From positions 73,535,447 to 73,599,446 of the forward strand of contig NC_057719.1 in assembly GCF_004010195.1 (NCBI RefSeq): DNA of 64,000 nt, in the 5' to 3' direction. The first letter of the stretch is position 1. Each line of letters starts with the position of its first letter. The DNA is from Chiloscyllium plagiosum (taxonomy: Eukaryota). The translations under genes and the position numbers were made by a program. The notes below the pieces were generated by a model. It was not told where the DNA came from. It did no database searches and saw only the letters and a program-made list of their open reading frames with translations. Shown in pieces: positions 37,226 through 49,820 of the stretch.

Positions 37226-38699
37226 TCCTACTATCAAATAAACACCCATGTTAAATCAACTTCATCAGTATTACAGTGAATATAAGAAAGAAAAGAAAGA
37301 ATAGGCAGGGGCATGTTGTAAGTATATAGATCAGTACACACGATGGGTGAAGGAGGGAGGAGATGGAAAGTTGTACAATGATTTAATCTTATAGACATGG
37401 TTAACAGAAAAGAATGAAGTTAATCCTGTAACTATACTATAGATCACCAAAGTTAATGAGAAGGATTTGTTTGTTCTCTTAAAAAGATACAATTTACATG
37501 TGAAAATATTTAATAATATTAATAGGGATCTTCCATCACTCATTGAGTATTGTGTCCAGATATGTTTATTCTTTAAACAGAATAAACATTGTTCACTCAG
37601 ACACCACAATCTAATATTTATTGGAAGCTTTAATATAATACCAAAGAGACTTGAACTGTTGATTGTAAGATGTTAGGAGTAATTTACAATCTTGGCAACT
37701 GATCAGCAGTCTGCCAGGCAGAGGGCCCACCCTCCGTGTAAGGTAAATTAGGAGGGCTCTGCATCAAGGGTGTGATGTCCTTCACCAGATTGAATATTAT
37801 TCACAAATGTCAAGCATTATAATCCGACTTATCAGTCAACTGTTGAATTATTTTATTGAGAAGTCTATGTAAAGAAGCAAGACCAAAACTGAAGAGCAGC
37901 CATTAATATTAAAACTGTAAAGATTGAATTAATGAGGAAACAACTGTTAAGTAATAGCAAGTTTGAATTTTTACAGGCTTGGATTACTAGAACGTGACAG
38001 TGAATGGAAATAATGTTTTGAAATTGGTTTGAGCTACCATCACTTTTGAATATAAACACCACAAAAATATGACATTATACATCACATTTGGCATTTTTGT
38101 ATTTGTCCCGATGTGTGCAAGATGAGACTGTCATCTCCATGGACAATGGCTGCATGTACGCCATATGTATGGACATTAGCATTCAACATGTATCAGTCTC
38201 ACCATTTCATCATGGCACATCTCTCATCCACTTACAGTATGGTTGTGCTCTTGAATGCTGCACTTTGGAGCACACTGGCACCTTTCATTGGAATATTGTT
38301 ACCAGTAGACTTTGTGCCAGAAACAGGTACCCAGCTCATGGGCTAGAACAGGGTTCATCCAGGGCTGCTGTCTGTCAACACACACTCACACCCATTGTGT
38401 ATCTTGATGTCCACAGCATCCCAGACGTACCTTGTCTTTTTTGAACTTTGTCTCATCCACCATGCTATCGGGATCACAGTCCGTCTCTCTTGTCTTGCTG
38501 GTCAGCACAGTCAAAAAGGCAGGCAGCTTGTCATAGTTACAGGCAGTCATCAGTCAGAGTGGTGGATGGTTTGCTGTACTGCACGGTCGCAGTTCAATGT
38601 TGCACCTGCAGTAAGTGCCAGCAGCTCATGCGGTAAACACACTGCATGTGCTTCAACTAAATGGCCACATCTCAAAGCCAGTGGGGAGTAGACCTCATT

Positions 38700-40815
38700 C
38701 AAGTCAGGGGGAGGTGACCGGAGTTGATTGGAAGGGGAACCTAGTAGGGAACATGGTGGAGCAGCAATGCCAGAAGTTTCTGAGAGTAATTTGGGAGGCA
38801 CAGCAGAAATTAATCCGAAGGAAGAAGAAGAATCATACTCAAGGGAGGGCGAGGCAACGATAACTGACAAGGGAAATCAGGAACAGCAGACAAAAAAAGA
38901 AAAAGCATACAATGTGGTGAACATTAGTGGGAAGCCAGAGGATTTGGGGTCAGCGGAGTGATAGAGTTGTATAGCATGGAAGCAGACCCTTCGACCCAAC
39001 GTGTCCATGCCGACCAGTTTGGGACAACTGAAAAGCAATAAGAGGGAGAAGATGAAATATTTGGATAAGGAAGCTAGTAATATAAAAGATGATTGCAAGA
39101 GTATTTTTGAGATATCTAAAAGGTAAGAGAGAGACAAAAACAACAGGACTGCTGAAAAATGAGGCCGGAGCAGTAGTAATGGGGAACAAAGAAATGGTGG
39201 AGGAACTGAACAGGTACTTCACATCACTCTTCACATTGGAAGACCCCAGTAGCATATAGACTTCAAGAGAGTCAGGGGGCAGAGGTGAATGTAGTGGCCA
39301 TCATGAAGGAGAAGGTGCTGGGGAAACTGAAACTTCTGAAGGTGGATAAATCACCTGGACCAGCGGACTACACCCCAAAGTTCTGAAGGAGATAGGTGAG
39401 GAGATTGTAGAGGTATTCATGATGATCTTTCAGGAATTACTGGAGTCAGAGAAGTTCCCAGACGACTGGAGATTTGGTTAATCTAACACCCATGTTTAAG
39501 AAGGGAGAGAGGCAGAAGACAGGAAATTATAGGCTGGACCTCAGTCAGTGGAAAGATCGGAGTCCATTATTAAACTTGATATTGCAGAGTGCTTGAAAGT
39601 GCATGGCAAAATAGGGTTGAATCAGCACGGTTTCGTCCAGGGGAGGGCATGCCTGACTAATCTGTTTGAATTTGTTGAGGAGGTAAAAAGCAAGTGAGTT
39701 CTCATCCACTGGCTCTACTTTGTTTATTTGGATCTCCAGAAGGAATTTGACAAGATGGCACACAGGAGGCTGCTAAATAAGACAAGAGCCCATGGTGTTA
39801 GGGACATGGACGGAAGATTGACTAACTGGCAACAGGCACTGTGGGGATGAAAGGAGGAATTACTAGTGGAGTTTTACAGGGCTCAGCGTTGGGACCACAA
39901 GTATTCACATTATCCAGCTGAAGGAACTGAGGGCATTGTGAATCAGTTTGCAAATGACACGTAGATAGGTGGAGGGATCGGTAATGTTGAGGAAGCAGTG
40001 AGGAGTAGGGCAAGCTAGGAGAGTGGGCAAAGAAGCAGCAGATGGAATACAATGTGGGAAAGTGTGAGCTAATGCATTTTGGTAAGAAAAGCAGAGGCAC
40101 GGACTATTTACTAAACGGGTAAAGGCCTCAGAAATATGAAACACAAAGGGACTTAGAAGTCTCTTAAGGTTAACAGGTTCACTGGATATTTAGGAGAATG
40201 CATTGTTTGTATTCATTTCAAGAGGGCTAGAATACAAGAGCAAAGATGTACTGCTAGGACTGTATAAGGCTCTGGTCAGACCACATTGGAATATTGTGAG
40301 CAATTTTGAGCACTATTTCTAAGGAAGGGTGTGTTGGCATTGGAGAGATTTCACAAGTGTTTTACATGAATGATCCCAGGAATGAAAGACTTGTCATATG
40401 AGGAGTGGCTGAGAACTCTGGGATTGAACTCGATCAAGTTTAGAAAGGTGAGCAGGGATCTGATTGAAACTTCGAAAATACTGGGATGCCTGGATAGAGT
40501 GAATGTGGAAAGATGTTTCCACTGGTAGGAGAGACTAAGACCCAAGGGCACGGCCTCAAGTGATGAACTGAGATGAGCAATTTCTTCAATCAGAGGGCAG
40601 TTAGTTGCTGCAGAGGGCTGTGGAAGCCAAGTCATTGAACGTATTATGACAGATAAATTGATAGATAGATTGATAGATTCTTGATTGGTAGGGGGATCTT
40701 GGTTTATGGGCGAAGGCAGGAGAATGGGGTTGAGAAACATATCAGCCATGATCAAATAGCGGATCAGATTCCATGGGCCAAATCGCCTCATTCTGCACCT
40801 ATGTCTCATGGTCTT
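38700..40815 (+). mobile_element. Long decayed CR1 LINE ORF2 and 3' UTR, with a small antisense CR1 tail at ~38958-39018
   Basis: DWKGNL...QKFL..I; KSPGP..LHPKVLKE; LFKKGERQKTGNYR; QHGFVQGRACLTNL; LVRPH.EYC; 3' UTR GATCAGCCATGATC...TATGTCTCATGGTCTT. Confidence 0.9.
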
Positions 40816-41909
40816 ACCAGTCAGGCAGTCCCAGTCGATCGAGGACATCAAGAGGAGAAAGATTGGAAAGGCAGCCAACAAAACTCCTTTCTGGTTAGGC
40901 TGTCTGTGATTGATTCTTTTGACTGAATTTATCCAATTGCATTATCAGTGAATATAACTCCAGATGATCTTTCAAGACAAAGCTTTTGACTGTGGTACAA
41001 TTATGATATTTATAAGACTAGTGTGTTTTGGGTCAGAGCCTTTAATTTAGGATAAAATTAAGGAAGTTATACAACTTCTTCTGGAAGTCATCTAACCTCA
41101 GGCATGTGTGATGGGATGTTAAGATTAAAGAAATGTCCTGAATTGTTTGCTCGAAAGAGGGTGTCCATATTTTTGAGCAATGGCAGGACTGTGTATGTAT
41201 ACAGTGGGGCAGCCACTAATATGGAAACTGAAAGCTTAAGAGTGAGCGGCAAAGTCTTTTCTTTCCTTGTTTTCCAGCTCTTCCTCTCCTACCAGCTCCT
41301 AACCAGATACAGCACTGGCTGATTGAAAGGTGAAGAGTAAACGATTTTATTGGTAGTGAGGGAGATGGGTGTCACTGGGGAGTTGTGAGATCTGGAGGCA
41401 CATAGTTAATTCATCAGCAACATGAAAATGAATGGCAATTGTGGAATATGGGTAAAGTAGGGTGTGGGTTGGAGGAGTGGCTATGACCACACCACCGTCC
41501 TCAATTGTGTCAATGCCATTGATGGTCACAGCCTGAGTCGTTGCCGCTCCAGGTTGTAGAGAGCATCATCTCCTTCCCATTTGTAAGTACGTTCAGGTGT
41601 TCTTGTCCTCAGGATGGTGTGCTACCTCAGGTTCCGTAGCCCAGCAATTAAGAGGGAAGTGTGTTTGTGAATGTGGTGCATTGAGATTGGGTAACATACC
41701 TGTCACGATTGAGAAGTGGCAGTATCCGTGAACTGTGAGGTGTGGCTATGAGGTTTGTAGCTATGTGTGAGGACGAAATAGAGCTGTGGATGTTAGATTT
41801 GAGTTGTGATTGATAGAGATTGATGGAGGGTGGTGCATTGAGCTGTATGTCAGGCTGGTGGGGCAGTTGGTGGGATAGGATATTTGAACATCCATTTCCT
41901 GACTCCTGT

Positions 41910-42103
41910 GAGATCATCAAACTTCTTGTGGCACTGCTTCCAAAGCCTTGGGGTGACATTCCTGGCATTGACTGGCACAGCTATCTGCTCCCATTGTATT
42001 GTGAGAGTCTCTCTGGAGGGCTCCCTCGTCTTCTGTGGAAAGTCTTCTCCCTTATACCCTCCAGTGCAGCTTTGAAAGATCTTGGACTCTGCCCCTTTGC
42101 CAT
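41910..42103 (-). pseudogene. Harbinger transposon Myb/SANT-like (trihelix) DNA-binding gene remnant
   Basis: MAKGQSPRSFKAALEG... then, after a frameshift, QWEQIAVPVNARNVTPRLWKQCHKKFDDL, matching W..IA..VNA.....R...QC.KK..DL. Confidence 0.75.
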
Positions 42104-43261
42104 GTCACATCATCATTCAGTATTCTTTTAGCTTGTGCTCAAATTCCTTTTAACAAATTCGAACAACTTGTGTAGCCACAATGTAACTCTACATTACAGA
42201 ACCCTTCAAAAAGTACAGAGTGGCTTCAAGTGTCACTGGCCTTTGACGATTTCCACTCTTTGCTCAGGCATGCAGTCAATCAGCTATTTAACACCAGCCA
42301 CAGGAAATGAGTGAGCATTAACCTCACAAGGCAATTCCTGTGCCAGTTTTAAACTTTATTGAATTCCCTGCCTTGTCTCTGCAATCTGTTGGATAGTGTA
42401 AGTGGGTTAATCTCTCTTTATTCTGTGTTGTACAAGTTAAAGCATTAACGTAAATTCCTGATTTTAATCTGCAAAAATGGAAACGTTAACCTTTTTAATG
42501 TGTTCTGTGAGAATACATGGAGTTGTCCTAAAAATAGAGCAGATGGCCTGATCCCACAGCAGCTTTAGTGACTAGAAAGAGGTCTGAATTAAGCAAACCC
42601 ATCCTTTTGGCTTAATCTCCCTACCAAACTGCATACTTGCATACAGAATGCTGCTTCATATCTATTGCTGTGTAGAAATACATCCTGTTGATTCTTGAAT
42701 CCATTTACATGATTGATTGAATTGCCTTCATCTAGTGACATACTGTGCAAATGTATTATTCATCTATTTTAAGAACAGTTCACCTGATGTCTGCTCCTAA
42801 CATCTTCATTCTTTTTCTCACTCTGCTACTGTGCAGACTGTGCATCGCTTCTTTCTGTGCTGCAACATTTGGCTGTATTGACTTTGCCTTCAATTCATTC
42901 GCATTGTTGTCTCAACATTTCTCATCTGATATGTATTCGTATGCGTTTCAGAATCCCCTGAATAACTAAGGAGGCTACTGAGTTCCTGATAGTAACTACC
43001 TGTTTTACTTTGCAAATTATGCAAATAGAAGGCAGTCTTGCTATAAAGAACCTTGAACATAAGAGGTCCCAGATCTCTCTCATCAATGTTAAATTTCCAA
43101 TATTGTGTTGTTTCCTAATAGGTTTGTACATTTCTCAGTGCACAAACATGTTGCCTGGACTGTAAAGTCAGAATATCGTCAAAGAATTTGTAAGCCCTGG
43201 AATTACTCCAAAGTATACCAGTGTTCAAGCACTTAAAGGTGTGGTAATTTTGCCTTTTGAT

Positions 43262-44430
43262 GCATAGAACATGGGCAATAGGAGCTGGAGAAGGCTATTT
43301 GGTCCTTTAAGCCACTTCCACCATTTACTATGATCATGGCTGATCATCCAAATCAGTACCCTGTTCCCAATCTCTCTCCACATCCTTCACCCCTTTTAGC
43401 CCCCAGAACTTAGTGGGTGGCACGGTGGCACAGTGGTTAGCACTGCTGCCTCACAGCGCCAGAGACCCGGGTTCACTTCCCACCTCAGGCGACTGACTGT
43501 GTGGAGTTTGCACATTCTCCCCGTGTCTGCGTGGGTTTCCTCTGGGTGTTCTGGTTTCCTCCCACAGTCCAAAGATGTGCAGGTTAGGTGAATTGGCCAT
43601 GCTAAATTGCCTGTAGTGTTAGGTGAAGGGGTAAATGTATGGGTGGGTGGCGGGTCAGTGTGGACTTGTTGGGCTGAACGGCCTGTTTCTACACTGTAAG
43701 TAATCTAAAATCTAAAACTATATCTAACTGACTCTTGAAAATATTCAATGTTTTGGCCTCAGGTGCTTTCTGTGGCAAGGAGTTCCACTGCCTCACCGCT
43801 CTGTGGGTGAAGACATTCCACCTTGTCTCATTCCTAAATGTCCTACCCTGTATTCTTAGACTGTAACCCCTGGTTCCGGACTCCCTAGTTATTGGGAAAA
43901 TTCTTCCTGTATTTACCCAGGCTCATCCTGTTGGAGCTTTAGAGGTTTCTATGAGGTCTCCCCATATTCTTCTAAACTCCAGTAAATAAAGCCCTAACCA
44001 ATCCAGTCTATCTTCACATGTTAGTCCTGCAGGAATCAGTTGGTTAACTTACGTTACACACACTTCATAACCAGAACATCCTTCCTCATGTAAAGAGATC
44101 AAAACTGCACACAGTGTTCGAGATGTGGTCTCACCAATGCCTTGTAGAATTGCAGCAAGGCATCCTGCTCCTTTATTCGAATCCTCAGGTTATGACAGCC
44201 AATGTACCATTTACTTTCTTCACTGCCGACTCCATCTGCACCTTTGCTTTCAGTGACTCGTGTACAAAGATGTCCAGATCTGTTGCACCTCCCCCTTTCC
44301 CAATTTATTGCCATTCAGATAATAGTCTGCTTACTGTTTTTGCTATCAAAGTGGATAACCTCACTTTTATCCACAATATGCTTCATTTGTCATATATTTG
44401 CCGACTTAGTTAATTTGTTCGAATCACAAG
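43262..44430 (-). mobile_element. CR1 LINE 3' fragment (minus strand), interrupted by an HE1 SINE
   Basis: ORF 44099-44314 LLQFYKALVRPHLEHCVQF; 3' UTR at 43262-43400. Confidence 0.88.
43414..43712 (+). mobile_element. HE1-type SINE, near full length
   Basis: GGGTGGCACGGTGGCACAGTGGTTAGCACTGCTGCCTCACAGCGCCAGAGACCCGGGTTCA...CACTGTAAGTAATCTA. Confidence 0.93.
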
Positions 44431-45299
44431 GAAGCATCTGTTTCTTCTTTTCTGCTGCTTCAGGAAAGGGATTAATTTACCTCTTCTGAACAGGGTAATG
44501 TCTCAGCTTAAGTAATGCAGAGACACAATTCAGGCAATATCCATAGGGTTAGTGAATTTCATTCATCCTTGAGATATGAGCATCACTGACAAGGTCAACA
44601 TATATTGCACCTCCCAAGTTACACTGAGAGCGTGTAGCACAAGTTTAATGCATCTCAATGGAGTCTAAGCCTTCAAACCACTGTTAAGAGTTAGTCGTGT
44701 TGATATGGGCTTGAAGCTGTGTATTGATCAGGCTGGGTAAGGATCACAGGTTTCCTTCCCTCAAGGATATTGGTAAATTCTCAGGGCTATCCAAAAGCTT
44801 TTTTAATGAAGCCAGCCTTTCAGTTCCAGGGTTATTTTAATCAAATTTCATAATCAAAAATAATGAGAGTGTTTCGCTATCTATTTTCTAATGGGCTTGC
44901 ATGAATGAATGTCTTCACAGCTTCCTTACCTCCACTTAAGATGGTGTGGTATTTATTGCAAAATTATTCAGTTCCATTGTGGGGAAAAATAATTAACCAC
45001 ACAAGGCATTTCTGGAATTAAATAAATGTGATTGCCATCAAACTACTAAGGCATTACTTTAGGCAGACATAGTGTTTAGCTCCAGATTTTTTCAAGCAAG
45101 GTGCACAATCTGAAACTGTGCAGATGGGAAGTGAACTCCTTCTATAGGGTATCAGTTCAGACCTCGGGAATGGTAATCAGTAACATTACCACAGCCCTGA
45201 CACATCATTCATTGCTGGTGTATTTAATGTAGAGCTTCCTAATCTAACAATTTTGGTTGAAATGAATTCTCCATAGTACTGTTGAAGTGGAGGTCACTT

Positions 45300-45752
45300 A
45301 ATCATGCTGCCAGGGTTGGAGGGTTTGAGCTAGAGGGGGAGACTGAATAGGCTGGGGCTATTTTCCCTGAAGCATCTGAAGCTGAGGAGTGACTTTATAG
45401 AGGTTTATAAAATCATTAGGGACATGGAAAGGGTGAATAGCCAAGTATTTTTCATAAGATTGACGAGTCCAACACTAGAGGCATAGGTTGGAGGTGAGAG
45501 AGGAAAGAAATAAAAGGGAGCTCAGGGGCAACTTTTTCACACAAAGGGTGGTGTGTGTATGGAATGCGCTACCAGAGGAACTGGTGGAACAATTACAAAA
45601 TTTTGAAGGATGGGAACATGGATAGAAGGATTTGGAGGGATATGGGCCAAATGCTGGTTAATGGGACCAGATTAATTTAGGATATCTGGTTGGCATTGGA
45701 TGAGTTGGACTGAAGGGTCTGTTTCCGTGCTGTATACCTCTTTGACTCTAAT
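45300..45752 (+). mobile_element. CR1 LINE 3' fragment
   Basis: Near-identical in layout to 12105-12662 and 2975-3395. Confidence 0.9.
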
Positions 45753-46047
45753 CTGGTGAAGACACGGCTGTGAAGCAACATACACAGCAGTGGTTTAAAT
45801 GTAAAAGCAGTCAAGTGGGTTAGGGCGGCAAGGAAGTCAGGAAATGAAAACTGAAGCTGAACAGAAAAGCAGAGTATTAGGGAGTGAAGGAGCATGAAGC
45901 ATGAGGTGAAAAGTAAAAAATGGGATAATGGAGAAATGGGAGAAGTGAAGAAAGACGTTACGTTGGAATATATATTTCTGAAGTGGAATTGATAACTTCT
46001 ACTTTACTACTTCTGTTAGGATTGTTTTTTGACTGTCCTCCCAGTCT

Positions 46048-46142
46048 ATAAAAATAGAAACTGCTGGAAATGCTCAGCTGGCCCAGTAGCAGGTGTGGAG
46101 AGAGAAACAGAATTAATGTTTCGAGTTGAATGTGACTTTGAA
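46048..46142 (-). mobile_element. PLE family-2-like pLTR fragment
   Basis: Reverse complement reads CTCGAAACATTAATTCTGTTTCTCTCTCCACA...CTGAGCATTTCCAGCAGTTTCT, similar to 59835-59905. Confidence 0.6.
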
Positions 46143-47039
46143 AAATAGAGCATTTATAGTTGTTGCTTTAAATACAGTAAATGTGATAACAGTTTTGCAA
46201 ATGGACAGCATGGGAAATTCAGATTGGAACAAATTGGATGCTGTGAAGACTGCCTGAATGAGAAGTTAGTTTAAATGATATACGTCAAGCTGTATTTGCT
46301 AAATAGTGAGGATTATTAAGGGGACAATAGAACACAATACCACAACAAACACTTCAAGATTCAGGAATCAATTTGGTCAAAATTTTGTTGGCGGATAATC
46401 AAGGGAAAATCATCCTGAGAACATATTGGAAGGCTGCAAATAAAACATTTTTTCTCTCAGTGCATCTCTCTTAGGGAAGTGAGAAAGAGATACTGGTTGT
46501 TTTTTTTTTGCTCTCAGTTGTTTAATCTGATGCATGTCATTTTAAATCACAAGTGAAATCTGGCATCATCTTGTCTATTCCTGCATCTGCTCACAACACC
46601 TTGAAAAACAAATTATAAAAAGATGCCCTTGTGTTTGCTGAGTTTCAGTTTGAAAGGCAGCATGTGGCAACACTGGGTGTCAGCAGAACGTTTAAAGCAA
46701 CTCAGGATAAATGCCAAGGCTGAGCATCAGCATTTATTTGAGTACACATACATTAATTTTGCACATCAAATTAAACATGCAATTTACTTTACAACTGGTT
46801 CAGTGTAGTTATCCCGAACATTTATACGAGGCACCATTCAATGAATGCAATATGTTCTGACACCTTGGACATGCTTGGTGCAAGTTCATTGAGAAAACTT
46901 AGCCTAACTTAGCCTCTCACCTGCGCTATGGGATTCTTATGTGTAGATGATAGGGACAATTAACATGGGGTAAAGTATTTCCCTTTCATTATGCACATTG
47001 CCAGTAAACTCCTGGATTTCAGGAGGCATGAAAAGTGCT

Positions 47040-47448
47040 TGTGTGACGACAGCGGCCCAGTGTGGATTGTGGCTGCAGCCAGTGGTCAGACCATGTGGAG
47101 GTCTCCCACGCTGTTCTGCTGTGAAGAGTCCTTGGAGAGAGACTGTGATGTTTGTCTTTTTATCTTTGCTTCTTGTTTTTCCGGCCTATGGTTTTACCGT
47201 GTATAGCTGTAATGTAATGCTTTTTCCTCATTTCTCTATTCTGGAATGAAGGATTGTTCCTTGGTACTCTGTTTGTAAGATGGCGCCATGTGTTGGTGAC
47301 ACTGTTACACTGTAACTAATCTGTAATTGAAGAAGCTGTACCTAGGTAGCTTTGTAGCTAAGATGGTGCTGTAAGTGGAGACTTATATACGTTTCGCTGT
47401 ACTCATTTAAGTACATGTAACAATAAGGCTAATTCAGTTCAGTTCAGT
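47040..47448 (+). mobile_element. Probable non-LTR element 3' end
   Basis: GTACATGTAACAATAAGG plus (TTCAG)n tail; internal duplicated TAAGATGG(C/T)GC block. Confidence 0.5.
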
Positions 47449-48120
47449 GCTGCAGACAAGGGAGGTCCTCTTAAATATTCAAAGGTCATTGTGCTCTGAT
47501 TCAATTAGAACTTTGTTGTTATTGTAATTTGACTAGAGCCCCTTGACTGAACTTGCTGGTAAATGGTATGACGGCCAGAAGAGGCCCAGGATGACCAGAA
47601 TTTGCTCTTATTGGTTTGTTGTGGGCCAGGAGTGTTTCTCTGTACTGAGCATCCCCAATCTCCAGACCATTAAAGCCTCCTGAGAGCTCTCCTCCCTGCA
47701 CCACTTGCCGATGTCAATGGACTGTCGTGGATATTGGCCAATATCCCCCTTACATTAGTAGAACAGGTTGTGACTCTTTGGAGATTTTGGCCAGAGACTC
47801 CCCTCCAACATTAAATTCTCTTTCCATGTACATTGGGATACAAACTTGCTGCTTACCCCAGTGTTGAATGTCGTATATGTACGCTAGATTACATTTGGAA
47901 TTGTAAACTCATAGAAATGTTCAACAGAAGTCAAATGTAAAGCAGTGTTAATCTGTGTAGTGTATTCTAATTTTGGTAATTTGCAAATATGTTTTTGAAA
48001 ATGACCATGTTATTTGAGACAGCTAAGAAGCTCTTGACGAAGACAATTTAATGAATTAGAAACAACTCACAAAAAATTTGAAGGTGACAATGTATGGCAC
48101 AGTTTCAAGTGTGAAATTCT

Positions 48121-48143
48121 ACACACACGTACGCACACACACG

Positions 48144-48174
<31 letters not shown>
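48121..48174. repeat. (CA)n microsatellite
   Basis: Direct reading. Confidence 0.95.
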
Positions 48175-48178
<4 letters not shown>

Positions 48179-49624
48179 AATCAAAACCATTGAATCAGAC
48201 ATATTGGAGGGGACAGTTGGTCACTGGTGCTTTGACACCATAAGGAGAAAAAAATAATCAAAACATAAATGGTTCACGCTGTCCCAATATGGTTAGGAAG
48301 CCAGTTACAAACTGTTGTTGGAAGAGACTAGGGAACAAGTTATCAACTCATTTTCTCAATTCAGCAAATTGTGTGTACCATTGAGAAACTTAATCAGAAA
48401 CAGACTATGGAAAGTGAAGTGGGTCAAATGTAGAATAGCTTTATGAAACACTATCATTATCGTTTATGCTGGTGGTATTTTGTTCTGTGCATATGCTGAT
48501 GGCTTTATACATCTGTCACATGATTGCCACAATTTATTTAATGGTTGACAGGATTATGCAGTCACATCATCTGTATCTTTAGGATTTTGATCTCCCTGTT
48601 TTAGCACATTATTTTTACATTTCTTGTAGTTAAAGGGAATATCAATTCAAACTAATAAATGGCAACTTCAGAATTAATATCGGGAGGATCTTCATACTGA
48701 GAATAATCATTATTTGGAATGGACTTGCCAGTGTAATTGAATAATTTAAAAATAACAATAAGATGCACAGTGGGATTGTTCAGTTTGGATGCAATATGAT
48801 GGCTTAGGTAGCTTGCTTTTGCACAATTGCTTGTCATTTTGTTACCTGCAGCTGTTATTTGCTTTGCAGATCTTTTGTTTTTCTCTGTGAATGCCTTTGG
48901 GTCTTTAGATTCTTAGCTTTCCATCCTTTTCAGTAGTTTGTTGTCTAAGTTTTCATGCAACATTTGGTTGAATTCAATGACAAATGTTTCTATAAGTGAT
49001 CGCAGCCGTGCATTGATTGTGTAACAGGACGAGTAATTCAGAGAATGAGAGTTTAAATCCCACCAGGATGGTTTGAAGACTTCAATAAAGCTAAAATATC
49101 TGGAAGTTGTGAAAAAGCTGGTATTGGTAAAAGTGATGAGGAAGCTGTCAGATTATCATGACGAGTTCAACATTGACCTTGAGGGAAGGAAATCTTATGT
49201 TCTTACCTGGTCTGGCTGACATATGACTCCAGATCCACAGCAATGTGGTTGATTCGTAATTAACAAGCAAAGCATGAATGGCTACAAATAAATAGCACTG
49301 CAGTTAACCAAGGAGGTAACATGTCTCATAGTAAGTAAGTGCGGATATTAACTTCTGATCATGGCAGCAACAGTCATATTCTGAGCATGTGCATTTCATT
49401 TCCCATTCCTGTGGAATTTACTGAGATCAGTGGTTGCTGTGTTGTTTTTTTTGCAGCTGTTTCAGAAATTTGCATTCTCCCTTGGTACGAGAACATTCCA
49501 TGGTCCATTTCCTAACTTGTATGCATAAACAAAAGCCTTCAAAGCTTCCTCACTCTCAGTAAGGTGATGTGATATGTATTACCAAATTATTCCGTTTCCA
49601 GTAATAGGCAAAAACAATTAACCA

Positions 49625-49820
49625 GGAGAAAGTGAGGACTGCAGATGCTGGAGATCAGAGCTTAAAAATGTGTTGCTGGAAAAGCGCAGCAGGTCAGGCA
49701 GCATCAAAGGAGCAGGAGAATCGACGTTTTGGGCATAAGCCCTTCTTCAGGAGAAGGGCTTATGCCCGAAACATCGATTCTCCTGCTCCTTTGATGCTGC
49801 CTGACCTGCTGCGCTTTTCT
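49625..49820. mobile_element. PLE (family 1) hairpin insertion
   Basis: Near-perfect inverted arms centred ~49750; perfect 15-bp TSD AAAAACAATTAACCA (49610-49624 / 49822-49836). Confidence 0.93.

Noticed and set aside
38060..38700. Cys/His-rich ORFs upstream of the CR1
   Set aside because: No recognisable motif in the frames I examined; left unassigned (possibly an unknown repeat).
43414..43490. tRNA gene
   Set aside because: The A/B-box-like head belongs to an HE1 SINE; no complete cloverleaf.
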